Assembly (NCBI GenBank): GCA_021202235.1
Contig: JAJQDL010000095.1
Coordinates: 1 to 41,974 of the forward strand
Reading direction: 5' to 3'
Length of the DNA stretch: 41,974 bases
Source: Lachnospiraceae bacterium
Lineage (GTDB): Bacteria > Bacillota > Clostridia > Lachnospirales > Lachnospiraceae
Positions 15,866 to 24,782 of the stretch are shown here, piece by piece (position 1 is the stretch's first letter; each line of letters opens with the position of its first letter). The notes beneath the pieces are model-generated. The model did no database searches. It saw only the letters and a list, made by a program, of their open reading frames with translations, and was not told the DNA's origin. Position numbers and translations under genes: made by a program.

Positions 15866-17044
15866 TCAGATCTCCTTCCCCCTCGTAGCGATGGCATGCA
15901 CGATGAAGGGCACAAAGAGAGTGATGAAGGCGGCGTAGCCCAGATAGGCGTAGCCCTGTTTCACGACGGCCATGAGACCGAACTGGGCGATGGCGAAGGC
16001 CAGGAAGGTGAAGATCAGCGTGAAGACCGCATTGCGGGAGAGATGCCCGGAGGCGATCTTCTTCTCGTCGGTCATGCGCCGTTCGATGGCGTTGACGCAG
16101 CGGGTGACGATGCCGGAGATCATATTGACGGCCGTGGAAATGGAGCCGAGGATGATCAGCAGCGAGATGATGGGCGTCAGGATCCCGGAACCCACGCCGT
16201 TCTGCACCAGGACCAGCATGGGGACGGAGGCGGCAGCCAGATCTGCCACGAAGGCGATAGCCAGCAGACCGATAATGGAGAGCTCCATGGTCAGGAAGTT
16301 GCAGAGGAAGATGCCCACGGCGGCCCGGTTGATCTGCTTCACATCGGTGACCGCCTCGACGTGCTGGTACATGACGGAGACGGAGGCCAGCTGGAAGAAG
16401 AAATAGAGCACGGCGGACCAGAGAGCCGGTCCGAAAGCGCCGGTCTCGCTGGAGAGCACCGTCAGTCCCGCGGAGTTCATGCGGGACAGGCTATCCGTGT
16501 TGCCGCCCCCGTGGGCGACGATGCCGGGCCCCAGCACCAGCACCAGACCTATGATGATAAGGACGCTGAGTGTGGATGCACAGCGGCGCACCACCGAGGT
16601 GCCGAAGAGGGCGATGAAGAAGATGAAGGCGGCCACGATCAGGGTGCAGAGCCAGTAGGGCAGGCCGAACAGGGTCTGAATGGTGGAGCCGCCGGTAGCG
16701 AAGGCCGCGGCGGAGGCCGTGCCGATCATGATCAGATAGCAGATCTCATAGAGATTGGACATGACCGAGCGGGTCTTCCCGTACAGGCTGTCGGAGAAGC
16801 TTCGGTAGTCATACACCTTGTGCTTGTAGGCGTAGCGCATGCCGTACCAGAAAAACAGGGCGTAGAGTCCCTGAGACAGGAGGGGCAGGAGCAGGCACCA
16901 GACGCCGTAGTTGATGAAATACTGATAGATCTGGGCGCCTGAGGCGAAGCCGCCGCCGAACTGTGTGGTGAAGGCCACGAAGGCCAGTCCCATGACCAGA
17001 GGCATCTTGTTCTTGTCGACCAGCAGGGATTTCTCTTTACTCAT
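15866..17044 (-). CDS. YkvI-family (COG3949-like) multi-pass membrane transporter
   Basis: Start set at MSKEKS (AGGAGA RBS). It has roughly 11-12 hydrophobic segments. The N-terminal FGGGFASGAQIYQYF resembles the YkvI signature GAGFASGQEI. It lies 25 nt downstream of the dehydrogenase gene. Confidence 0.7.
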   Translation of the reverse strand: MSKEKSLLVDKNKMPLVMGLAFVAFTTQFGGGFASGAQIYQYFINYGVWCLLLPLLSQGLYALFFWYGMRYAYKHKVYDYRSFSDSLYGKTRSVMSNLYEICYLIMIGTASAAAFATGGSTIQTLFGLPYWLCTLIVAAFIFFIALFGTSVVRRCASTLSVLIIIGLVLVLGPGIVAHGGGNTDSLSRMNSAGLTVLSSETGAFGPALWSAVLYFFFQLASVSVMYQHVEAVTDVKQINRAAVGIFLCNFLTMELSIIGLLAIAFVADLAAASVPMLVLVQNGVGSGILTPIISLLIILGSISTAVNMISGIVTRCVNAIERRMTDEKKIASGHLSRNAVFTLIFTFLAFAIAQFGLMAVVKQGYAYLGYAAFITLFVPFIVHAIATRGKEI

Positions 17045-17069
17045 ACATTTTTCTCCTCGTTTGGTTTTA

Positions 17070-18497
17070 TTACTTCTTATCCGGCTCAAAGGTGATGACC
17101 TTGCCGGGGTTCAGGATCAGTTTTTCGTCAAAGGCCAGCTTGATGGCTTTGTACAGCTCGATCATCCGCGGGCCGACAAATTCCTTCAGGAATTCAATGC
17201 GGCCGTTGCCGATGCCATGCTCGCCGGAGAGCTGGCCGCCCAGTTCTTTGGAGAGGGCGTAGAGCTCGGTCAGACTGGCGTGGGTGGCGGCCTTCCACTC
17301 TTCGTCACTCATTTCCGGTCCCCGCAGCATCTCGGTGTGGATGTTGCCGTCGCCGCAGTGCCCGCAGGGCTCCACGCGGATCCCGTGGGAGAGGGCGATC
17401 TTCTTGGCAGCCTTTACATACTCGGCAATCCGGGCCCGGGGGACGACGACATCGCATTCCTCCTGAGCCACGGAGTCCGCCTTCATGCCTTCGAGGATGC
17501 CGCCGCGGACAGCCCAGACCGAGGCGGCCCGCTCCGGCGTTCCGGCGATGCAGCAGTCCAGCGCGCCGTTCGCCAGAGCGGCCTCTGCGGCCGCTTCCAC
17601 CGCGGAATCCAGCTCCTGTTTGCTGGAGGCATCGTACATGACGATGAGAACTGCGTTGCCCTCCTTCACGGGGAAGAGCTTGTTCAGGTTGCGCTCCACG
17701 ATGTCGATAAGCTCCCGTTCGAGGAACTCGATGGCCGTAGGAACGAAGGGGAGTTCCAGCACCCTGGGAACCATGTCGGCGCACTCCTCGAGACTGCCAA
17801 AGGGCATGACCAGCGTGCAGGTGCAGGTGGGCGCAGGCAGCAGCTTCAGGGTCACCTGCGTCAGGATGCAGAGCGTGCCCTCTGAGCCGATGACCAGGTC
17901 CTTGATGTCATAACCGGTGGTGTTCTTCACCACGTTGGAGGAGAAGTTCATGATGGAGCCGTCCGGCATCACCGCCTCGATGCAGCGCACGAAGTCGCGT
18001 GTCAGTCCGTAGCGCACTGCTTTCATGCCGCCGGCATTGGTGATGACGTTGCCGCCGATCGAGGCGGTCTTTTCGCCGGGATCCGGCGGATAGAACAGCC
18101 CCTCAGCGGCGGCCGCCGCCTGCACATCGATCAGCAGCGCACCGGGCTCCACTGTAATGGTCTGGTTCTTCCGGTCGATGGGAAAGATGCGGTTCATCCG
18201 CATGACGGAGAGCATAATGCCGCCGTATTTGCAGGTGGCGCCGCCTGCGAGGCCGGTCCCGGCGCCCCGGCAGACAACGGGGATGTTGTTTTCCCAGGCG
18301 TAGGCCATGATCGCAGAGACTTCTTCCTTATTTATTACTTCGACATACAGCTCCGGGGGAAATACGCCGTACTCCGGCATCTCATCCCGGAAATATTCAT
18401 TGGGGATCTCTTCGCCCACCCAGACCCGGTCCGGGGCGGTCATCCCGCGGATGGCGTCGAAATCATCGGGGGTCATTTTCTTATAGGGAAAGGCCAT
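17070..18497 (-). CDS. FAD-binding oxidoreductase, GlcD/D-lactate dehydrogenase family (LctD-like)
   Basis: 475 aa. It has the PCMH-type FAD-binding region with RGAGTGLAGGA, and the C-terminal GEHGIG...NPGK. GGAAGGAGG RBS. The start overlaps the etfA end by 17 nt. Confidence 0.85.
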   Translation of the reverse strand: MAFPYKKMTPDDFDAIRGMTAPDRVWVGEEIPNEYFRDEMPEYGVFPPELYVEVINKEEVSAIMAYAWENNIPVVCRGAGTGLAGGATCKYGGIMLSVMRMNRIFPIDRKNQTITVEPGALLIDVQAAAAAEGLFYPPDPGEKTASIGGNVITNAGGMKAVRYGLTRDFVRCIEAVMPDGSIMNFSSNVVKNTTGYDIKDLVIGSEGTLCILTQVTLKLLPAPTCTCTLVMPFGSLEECADMVPRVLELPFVPTAIEFLERELIDIVERNLNKLFPVKEGNAVLIVMYDASSKQELDSAVEAAAEAALANGALDCCIAGTPERAASVWAVRGGILEGMKADSVAQEECDVVVPRARIAEYVKAAKKIALSHGIRVEPCGHCGDGNIHTEMLRGPEMSDEEWKAATHASLTELYALSKELGGQLSGEHGIGNGRIEFLKEFVGPRMIELYKAIKLAFDEKLILNPGKVITFEPDKK

Positions 18498-19710
18498 GAT
18501 GCTCCGCCTCCTTCCTGTTTTTCTCGTTCTGCTCTTCCGCCAGCCGGATCAGCCGGGGGACGACCCGGTACAGGTCGTCGACAAGGCAGTAGTGGGCGAC
18601 GCCGAAAATGCGGGCATCGGGGTCCTCATTGATGGCGACGATGCACTGAGAGCCGTTCATGCAGGAGGTGAACTGGATGGCACCGGAGACGCCGCAGGTG
18701 ATGATGAGCTTCGGGCGCACGGTCCGACCCGAGAGACCGATCTGGTGTGCGGTATCGCCGAAGCCATTCTCCACCATGGGACGGGTGAAGGCCAGCTGGC
18801 CGCCCAGCGCGTCAGCCAGGCGGCGGCACATTTCCACGCCCTTTTCGTTCCGCACGCCCCGCCCGGCGACCACGAGCACGTCCTCTTCCTCCAGACTCTT
18901 GACCTTGTCGATGACCCGGGAGGAGAGAATCCGGATCCGTGAGCGCACCATGCTTTCAGAGACGGGGCAGGAGATGACTTCCCCTGTGGGGTTCGGTACC
19001 CGCTCCGCCCGGTCCATGACCCGGTAGCGCACGGTGGCGAACTGGGGACGGGAGTGAGCGATGGCGATCTGGGCCATGATATTTCCGCCGAAGGCGGGGC
19101 GGATCTGGATCATGTCCGTGTTCGGTTTGATATCCAGGGTGGTGCAGTCTGCCGTCAGACCGGTGTGAAAACGTGTGGACAGCCGCGGGGCCAGGGAGCG
19201 CCCCAGCGCCGTGGCCCCGATGAGCACGCAGCTGGGCCGCTGGGAGGCGATGCAGTCGGCGAAGGCGTCGGCGTAGCAGTCAGCCCGGAAGCCTTCCAGT
19301 TCCGGATGCTCATAGACGAAGACCCGGTCTGCTCCATAGGGCAGGAGCTTGTGAGCATTGGCCGTGCTGCCGGGGCCGCCGATGAGGACGGCGTTCACCC
19401 GGTAGCCCACCTTGGCGGCCATTTTCCGGGCCTCGCCGAGGAGTTCGTAGGCGACGGGGTGGATGTCTCCCCGTTCCTGCTCGGCAAAGATCAGGAAATC
19501 CCGCCAGCGATCCGGTTCAAAGGAGCGTGCTTTCTGCTCGAAGCGGATGGCCTTCTCCGGGCAGTGCCGGACGCAGAGGCCGCACATGCGGCAGGTCTCG
19601 CTCACGGTGATGCCGGAGCCCTCGATGGTCAGGGCTCCGAAGGGACATTCCGTCACGCAGAGTCCGCAGAGCGTACATTTGGATGCGTTAAACTTAAGAA
19701 ATTCTACCAT
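18481..19710 (-). CDS. etfA: Electron transfer flavoprotein alpha subunit with N-terminal 2x[4Fe-4S] ferredoxin domain
   Basis: Two CxxCxxCxxxCP motifs (CTLCGLCVTECP, CRMCGLCVRHCP) precede an EtfA body that ends with the FAD-binding segment ITCGVSGAIQFTSCM. Confidence 0.9.
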   Translation of the reverse strand: MVEFLKFNASKCTLCGLCVTECPFGALTIEGSGITVSETCRMCGLCVRHCPEKAIRFEQKARSFEPDRWRDFLIFAEQERGDIHPVAYELLGEARKMAAKVGYRVNAVLIGGPGSTANAHKLLPYGADRVFVYEHPELEGFRADCYADAFADCIASQRPSCVLIGATALGRSLAPRLSTRFHTGLTADCTTLDIKPNTDMIQIRPAFGGNIMAQIAIAHSRPQFATVRYRVMDRAERVPNPTGEVISCPVSESMVRSRIRILSSRVIDKVKSLEEEDVLVVAGRGVRNEKGVEMCRRLADALGGQLAFTRPMVENGFGDTAHQIGLSGRTVRPKLIITCGVSGAIQFTSCMNGSQCIVAINEDPDARIFGVAHYCLVDDLYRVVPRLIRLAEEQNEKNRKEAEHHGLSL

Positions 19711-19731
19711 TTATATTCTTCCTCTCTGGTC

Positions 19732-20523
19732 TTATCCGATGATTTTTCGATCGGTCAGAATCCGGAAAAGAGCATCGGCCTTCTCCTCGGCGTCGCCGGA
19801 CAGATAGACCTGCCGTTCTGCCTCCGGCGGGGCAAACATACGCTCCACCGATGTGGGGGAACCTACCAGTCCGTAACGGCTCAGGTCCTGGTCCGGCAGG
19901 TCTGCCAGACTGAGGAAGCGTACCGGCCGTCCGGCTGTGGCGCGGGTCAGCAGATAGGAGGGGAGCCGGGGAACGCAGAGATCTTTGTCTACGGTGATGA
20001 GACAGGGATACGTCATGCGGGAGACTTGCGTCACGCTTCCCAGATCCTGCCGCACCTCCAGCCCTTCGGTATCTGCTTCCGTGATCTCAGCTACCCAGGC
20101 CGCGTGGGGGATGTGCAGATGCTCCGCCATCGCCGGTCCCACCTGTGCGGTGTCTCCGTCGGTGGTCTGACGGCCGCAGACGATGAGGTCTGCGCCGCCC
20201 AGCACCTGAACTCCCTGGGCCAGCACGTAGGAGGTGGCCAGTACATCGGCGCCGGCGAATTTCCGGTCAGAGAGGATGACTGCCTCGTCGGCGCCCATGG
20301 TATAGGCATCCCGCATCATTTCCTCGGCGTGGGCCGGCCCCATGGTCAGTACGGTGACGGTGCCGCCCAGCTTCTCCCGCAGCTGCAGGGCGGTCTCCAG
20401 AGCGAACAGATCATAGGGGTTTGTCCGTGTGTCTGCGGAGAGGCGCTTCATGGCTCCGGTCTCGGGATCGATGTCCACCTGACTGCTGGCCGGAACCTGT
20501 TTCATACATACGATTATCTTCAT
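19732..20523 (-). CDS. etfB: Electron transfer flavoprotein beta subunit
   Basis: Start set at MKIIVCMKQVP. NPYDLFALETAL and CGRQTTDGDTAQVGP are typical EtfB segments. Confidence 0.9.
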   Translation of the reverse strand: MKIIVCMKQVPASSQVDIDPETGAMKRLSADTRTNPYDLFALETALQLREKLGGTVTVLTMGPAHAEEMMRDAYTMGADEAVILSDRKFAGADVLATSYVLAQGVQVLGGADLIVCGRQTTDGDTAQVGPAMAEHLHIPHAAWVAEITEADTEGLEVRQDLGSVTQVSRMTYPCLITVDKDLCVPRLPSYLLTRATAGRPVRFLSLADLPDQDLSRYGLVGSPTSVERMFAPPEAERQVYLSGDAEEKADALFRILTDRKIIG

Positions 20524-20572
20524 ACGCTGTCTTTTCCTCACTTTGTCACTTTAAATAGGAAAATGTCACCTG

Positions 20573-20602
20573 ATTATAGCATGAGAGAGGGAATGTTGTC
20601 GA
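20573..20602 (-). promoter_or_regulatory. Promoter candidate of the etfB operon with extended -10
   Basis: On the minus strand: TCGACA, an 18-nt spacer, then TGCTATAAT. Two TGTCAC repeats (plus 20544-20549 and 20564-20569, 20 bp apart) lie at and just after the predicted start site. Confidence 0.5.
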
Positions 20603-20827
20603 GGGAAAAGAAGGATTTGTGAAAAACAATATTTCTTGCAGTCATGAGGATTCAGACGTTGTCTGCAGGAAGCGGCTTTTGGTGGAGAAAAATCTTTAAA
20701 ACATATCCGGCTCTTTTAAGTTCGCTTAAAGTTTCGCTCATATAATAAAGCCATCCTTAGAGAAGGATATTAAAAAACGAGGATTAACATCAGGACGGCG
20801 GCAGAACGCGCCGGGAAAGGAGCTTTT

Positions 20828-21871
20828 ATGTATAACGAATATGATGACGCGAGGATGAAGAACAGCGGATTTCAGCAGGAAAACGAGATTCTGCAGGTGG
20901 AGGCGATGGAAACAGCAAATAGACGGGCAGCCCGTTCGCGCCGCCCGCGCCGCGCTCCCTGGTGGAAGCGGGCGCTTTCCCTGGTGCTCTGCGGCGCGCT
21001 TTTCGGCGGTGCGGCGGGCGGCGCTTTTTACGGGATGAGTACGGTGCTGGGAGATTCCGCTTCCTCAGCTTCGAATACGGTGCAGAGCACGTCCGCTACG
21101 ATCACGACGTTGTCTGCCTCTACCGAGTCGGACAGCAGTCTCGATGTATCTGATGTGGCGGCGCTGGGTCTGACTTCGGTGGTCTCGGTCACCAACGTGT
21201 CGGTGCAGGAGGTGGAAAATTATTTCGGTATGTTCGGGCGGAACGGCCAGGGGCAGAGTCAGCTGGAGGAGACGACCAGCTGCGGCTCGGGGGTCATCAT
21301 TTATCAGTCGGAGACGGACCTGTATATGGTGACGAACTACCATGTGGTGGAGGATGCCACGACCCTGTCGGTGACGTTTGTGGATGATGAGACCTATGAG
21401 GCAGATCTGTGCGGGTACGATGAGGACGTGGATATCGCGGTGATCAGAGTGTCCCTCTCGGAACTGTCCTCCGACACCCTGGCGGAGATATCCGTGGTGG
21501 CCATCGGTGATTCGGATGAGCTGGTCGTGGGCGAGCAGGTGGTCGCGATCGGCAACGCGCTGGGCTACGGTCAGTCGGTAACGACGGGCATTGTCAGTGC
21601 CGTTGATTGCACGATCAGCAGCGACAGCGAGTCTTCGGAAAATGAAGTCTCGCAGACGATGAGCTATACGTCGGAGGAGAGCACCGTCAACACCTATATT
21701 CAGACGGATGCGGCCATCAACCCAGGCAACAGCGGCGGCGCCCTGTTAAATATGGAAGGAGAACTGATCGGCATTAATACGGCGAAGATCTCTTCCACGG
21801 ATGTGGAGGGCATGGGGTATGCCATTCCGATCTCTGAGGTGCTCACGCTCATTGAATCAATGATCGAATAA
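20828..21871 (+). CDS. Membrane-anchored S1C (HtrA/DegP-like) serine protease without a PDZ domain
   Basis: N-terminal basic region plus a TM segment. The catalytic triad contexts are TNYHVV, DIAVIRV and GNSGGAL. The protein ends shortly after the protease domain. Confidence 0.85.
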   Translation: MYNEYDDARMKNSGFQQENEILQVEAMETANRRAARSRRPRRAPWWKRALSLVLCGALFGGAAGGAFYGMSTVLGDSASSASNTVQSTSATITTLSASTESDSSLDVSDVAALGLTSVVSVTNVSVQEVENYFGMFGRNGQGQSQLEETTSCGSGVIIYQSETDLYMVTNYHVVEDATTLSVTFVDDETYEADLCGYDEDVDIAVIRVSLSELSSDTLAEISVVAIGDSDELVVGEQVVAIGNALGYGQSVTTGIVSAVDCTISSDSESSENEVSQTMSYTSEESTVNTYIQTDAAINPGNSGGALLNMEGELIGINTAKISSTDVEGMGYAIPISEVLTLIESMIE

Positions 21872-21878
21872 GGAAATG

Positions 21879-21922
21879 CCGCAGATTTCCGGCGAGCTGT
21901 CCTGGAAATCCGCGGCGGTTTT
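21879..21922 (+). terminator. Rho-independent terminator
   Basis: CCGCAGATTTCC pairs with GGAAATCCGCGG (one mismatch), followed by CGGTTTT. Confidence 0.55.
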
Positions 21923-21964
21923 GATCATATCGGATTTGAAATGCTGTGAAGGAGGAAAGAGTCC

Positions 21965-22573
21965 TTGGAACTGGAGGAATACTACGGCGAGGCGCTGCCA
22001 ACCCTGCGGAAGGCGGAGCAGACATTATGGAACATCGTGAATGCCTGCCCGGCGCAGGAGTCGGTCGGCGGCGTCCAGCCCGTGATCTACTGCAAATCCC
22101 GGATCAAGAAGCCGGACAGCATGATGCGCAAGCTGGCCTCCCGGGGGCTCCCCACGGATGCAGGGACGGCCCTGCGGGAGATGCACGACGCCGTGGGGAT
22201 GCGGGTGGTATGTTCCTTCGTAGACGACGTGTACGAGGTGTCCCGCTGGCTGCAGACGCGGGATGACTATGAGGTGCTGGAGGTGAAGGATTACGTTTCC
22301 TATCCGAAACCCAACGGCTACCGCAGCCTGCATCTGATCCTGCGCTTTACCGGCGGCCGGATGAAGGGACTTCAGGCAGAGATCCAGCTTCGCACCATCG
22401 CCATCGACTTCTGGGCCGCATTGGAACACCAGATGAAGTATAAACAGGCGATCGATGGCAGCTACGAGAAGATCGTGCGGGAGGAATTAAAACGCTGTGC
22501 CGACGAGATTGCCTCCGTAGACATTTCCATGCAGACGATCCGCGATCTGCTGCGGGAAGAGGAGGGGAGATAG
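21965..22573 (+). CDS. Small alarmone synthetase (RelP/RelQ-type GTP pyrophosphokinase)
   Basis: 202 aa, TTG start with a GGAGG RBS. RIKKPDSMMRKL, HDAVGMRVV, PKPNGYRSLHLIL and EIQLRTIAIDFWAALEHQMKYK are the RelA/SpoT synthetase motifs. No hydrolase or regulatory domains are present. Confidence 0.85.
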   Translation: MELEEYYGEALPTLRKAEQTLWNIVNACPAQESVGGVQPVIYCKSRIKKPDSMMRKLASRGLPTDAGTALREMHDAVGMRVVCSFVDDVYEVSRWLQTRDDYEVLEVKDYVSYPKPNGYRSLHLILRFTGGRMKGLQAEIQLRTIAIDFWAALEHQMKYKQAIDGSYEKIVREELKRCADEIASVDISMQTIRDLLREEEGR

Positions 22574-22577
22574 GATT

Positions 22578-22802
22578 CTACAGTCCCAATTCTTTTATCA
22601 GATCTTCCTGTGAAATGGTTGGCTGATATTCAGAGTCGCCATTGTTATATGCACTGAGGGCAATGATTTCGTCTTCTTCCGGTTCAACGGTTTCAGCGTT
22701 GGCAAGGCGGAATGTTGCCTGGATAAGATTCCATACTTTCCATGCTTCATCTTCGCTCATAATTGTAACTGCGCCAAAGATTCTTTCTTTAACATTTGAC
22801 AT
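22578..22802 (-). CDS. Small acidic protein translationally coupled downstream of RelE (putative non-canonical antitoxin)
   Basis: 74 aa. The ATG is 5 nt after the toxin stop, and an AAAGGAG RBS lies inside the toxin's 3' end. I could not recognise an HTH, RHH or Phd pattern. Confidence 0.5.
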   Translation of the reverse strand: MSNVKERIFGAVTIMSEDEAWKVWNLIQATFRLANAETVEPEEDEIIALSAYNNGDSEYQPTISQEDLIKELGL

Positions 22803-22807
22803 AATTG

Positions 22808-23050
22808 CTATACTCCTTTATAAATCTGTCCGCGGTTTCCAATATTTATGATATCAATAATAAGGCCGTTTACATCAAATATGATCCTGAAATCACCGAC
22901 TCTGAGTCGGTAACCATTAGTGCCTTGTAATTTTTTGATATCACCCTCGATGGGAAGTTTGGAAATGGCTTCGACGATTCGTCGTTGTGTGGGTTTATCC
23001 TGTTTTCTCAGGAATTTTTCGGCTTTTTTTGAATATATGATTTTAAACAT
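22808..23050 (-). CDS. relE: RelE/ParE-superfamily type II toxin
   Basis: 80 aa. KKAEKFLRK...RIVEAISKL...GYRLRVGDFRIIFDV...IDIINIGNRGQIY is the classic RelE/StbE pattern. AGGAGA RBS. Confidence 0.85.
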   Translation of the reverse strand: MFKIIYSKKAEKFLRKQDKPTQRRIVEAISKLPIEGDIKKLQGTNGYRLRVGDFRIIFDVNGLIIDIINIGNRGQIYKGV

Positions 23051-23180
23051 GAAGGGTTCTCCTGTGTGTTACAATATATATCCGGGTATTCGTTTTCAAT
23101 CGTGTTCTCTGTCGTATATTTTAGTGGAAGGGCAATGGCCCTTCGGTAAATATTATTTGGCCAAACTACTTGCTAAAAAA

Positions 23181-23209
23181 ATTATACTCTATAAGTGACT
23201 TGTTCGCAA
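23181..23209 (-). promoter_or_regulatory. Sigma-A promoter candidate for the toxin-first pair
   Basis: On the minus strand: TTGCGA, a 17-nt spacer, then TATAAT, about 130 nt upstream of relE. No ORF lies in between. Confidence 0.45.
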
Positions 23210-23257
23210 TATTTTTTCTGGCCTGTGATCTGGGGTGTATATTAAAACTTATAATTC

Positions 23258-23286
23258 TTGTGACTTCTGCGTAAATCTGTTAGAAT
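23258..23286 (+). promoter_or_regulatory. Promoter candidate for galK
   Basis: TTGTGA, a 17-nt spacer, then TAGAAT, with TG one base upstream of the -10. Confidence 0.4.
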
Positions 23287-23370
23287 GCAGGCAGATTCAT
23301 TCGCCCAATCCTCTCCGCCTGAAACCGGCGGGACGGGGACATGCCGGGGCGGAAGGTGAGGAGAAGCGGA

Positions 23371-24558
23371 ATGAGCGGTGTTAAGCAGACGGAGGAACTG
23401 AAACGCCTTTTCTGTGAAAGGTTCGGCGGCGGTGGGGAGATTCGCTGCTTTTTCGCCCCAGGACGGGTCAATCTGATCGGGGAACACACGGACTATAACG
23501 GGGGACATGTATTTCCCTGTGCGCTGACCATGGGAACCTGGGGCGTGGGGCGGCGAAGAGCTGACCGGAGGCTGCGGCTCTACTCGGTCAACGTTCCGCA
23601 GCAGGGCGTTGTGGAGTGCAGTCTGGACGAACTTGTATATGATGCACGAGACGGCTGGACCAACTATGTCAAAGGGGTGTGCCGGGCACTGGAAGAGAGA
23701 AGCGGTGCGCTTCCGGCCGGGATGGATGTGTTAATCTATGGGAATCTGCCCGGCGGGGCGGGGCTTTCCTCCTCGGCGGCGCTGGAGGTGCTGGCGGGTC
23801 TCATGGCACGGGACCTGCTGGAACTGCCGGGGCTTTCTCTGACGGATCTGGCACTCGTCGGCCAGAAGGCGGAAAATGAATTCTGCGGCATGCACTGCGG
23901 CATCATGGATCAGTTCGCCAGCGCCATGGGGCGGCGGGGCTGCGCCATTCTCCTGGATACGAATACACTTACATACAAGCATGTGGATATTCATCTGCAG
24001 GGCGTGCGCATCGTTCTCGTCAACAGCCGGGTGAAGCACAGTCTGGTAGATTCCGCGTACAATGAGAGACGGCGTCAGTGCGAGGAGGCGCTGGCGGATC
24101 TGCGGCGGGTGCGGGAGCTCGGTTCGCTGGGGGAGCTGACCGAGGAGGAGTTTGGGGAAATACAGGATGCCATCCGCGATGAGACCTGCCGCCGCCGGGC
24201 CCGTCATGCGGTCTATGAGAATCAGAGAACACTGCGGGCGGTGGAGGCGCTGGAGGCCGGCGATCTTCCGGCCTTCGGGCGGCTGCTGAATGAATCTCAT
24301 GTCTCGCTGCAGGATGACTATGAGACATCTTGTCCGGAGACAGATCTGCTGGCAGAGCTGGCCTGGGAGACGCCGGGCGTTCTCGGCTCCCGCATTACCG
24401 GAGGCGGCTTCGGCGGCTGCACGGTCAGCCTTGTGGAGGAAAACAGCCTTGCGCTCTTCCGGGAGCAGGTTCTCACTGGCTACCGACGGCAGACCGGGCG
24501 TACGGCGGAGCTCTATGTGGCGGAGGCCGGAGACGGCGCTCACGAAGTGATCTGGTAG
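23371..24558 (+). CDS. galK: Galactokinase
   Basis: Start set at MSGVKQ (GGTGAGGAG RBS). It carries the galactokinase signature GRVNLIGEHTDYNGG and the GHMP motif PGGAGLSSSAALEV. Confidence 0.9.
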   Translation: MSGVKQTEELKRLFCERFGGGGEIRCFFAPGRVNLIGEHTDYNGGHVFPCALTMGTWGVGRRRADRRLRLYSVNVPQQGVVECSLDELVYDARDGWTNYVKGVCRALEERSGALPAGMDVLIYGNLPGGAGLSSSAALEVLAGLMARDLLELPGLSLTDLALVGQKAENEFCGMHCGIMDQFASAMGRRGCAILLDTNTLTYKHVDIHLQGVRIVLVNSRVKHSLVDSAYNERRRQCEEALADLRRVRELGSLGELTEEEFGEIQDAIRDETCRRRARHAVYENQRTLRAVEALEAGDLPAFGRLLNESHVSLQDDYETSCPETDLLAELAWETPGVLGSRITGGGFGGCTVSLVEENSLALFREQVLTGYRRQTGRTAELYVAEAGDGAHEVIW

Positions 24559-24612
24559 ATGGTCAGACTGCTCACCTCAGAGCAGAACGAATCGACCGTG
24601 AAAATAATGTCG

Positions 24613-24666
24613 ATACAGGTTGGATGGTTGTATGCAATACAAATCGCCAACCTGTATTATTTTTTT
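24613..24666 (+). terminator. Rho-independent terminator of galK (two-tier hairpin)
   Basis: A perfect 11-bp stem ATACAGGTTGG/CCAACCTGTAT encloses an inner TTGTAT-GCA-ATACAA stem and is followed by TATTTTTTT. Confidence 0.7.
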
Positions 24667-24677
24667 GAAAAATTGTA

Positions 24678-24706
24678 TTGACATATATGAGAGGAAGTTG
24701 TATACT
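24678..24706 (+). promoter_or_regulatory. Promoter candidate for araR
   Basis: TTGACA (24678-24683), a 17-nt spacer, then TATACT (24701-24706). A TTGTATAC element overlaps the -10 and could be an AraR half-site. Confidence 0.5.
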
Positions 24707-24782
24707 TCAACTAGTTCATTCGAGAAGGGATATCCCGGGAAGGAGCACAGAACAGCGCAGGACAGAGGCGGGAGGTGAGAAT

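Noticed and set aside
20618-20640. A Rex-type operator (TTGTGAAAAACAATATTTC) upstream of the etfB operon
   Set aside because: The right half-site does not match TTCACAA, so the element is not a convincing inverted repeat.
21965-22573. The small alarmone synthetase as a toxSAS toxin paired with the adjacent small genes
   Set aside because: It has the ordinary RelP/RelQ housekeeping layout with its own RBS. The neighbouring small genes are on the opposite strand and form their own RelE-type operon.
24628-24642. The palindrome TTGTAT-GCA-ATACAA as an AraR operator upstream of araR
   Set aside because: It forms the apical stem of the galK terminator hairpin (24613-24666) and has a 3-nt spacer, unlike the contiguous TTGTAC/GTACAA AraR half-sites. 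A dual role cannot be excluded, but a structural explanation suffices.
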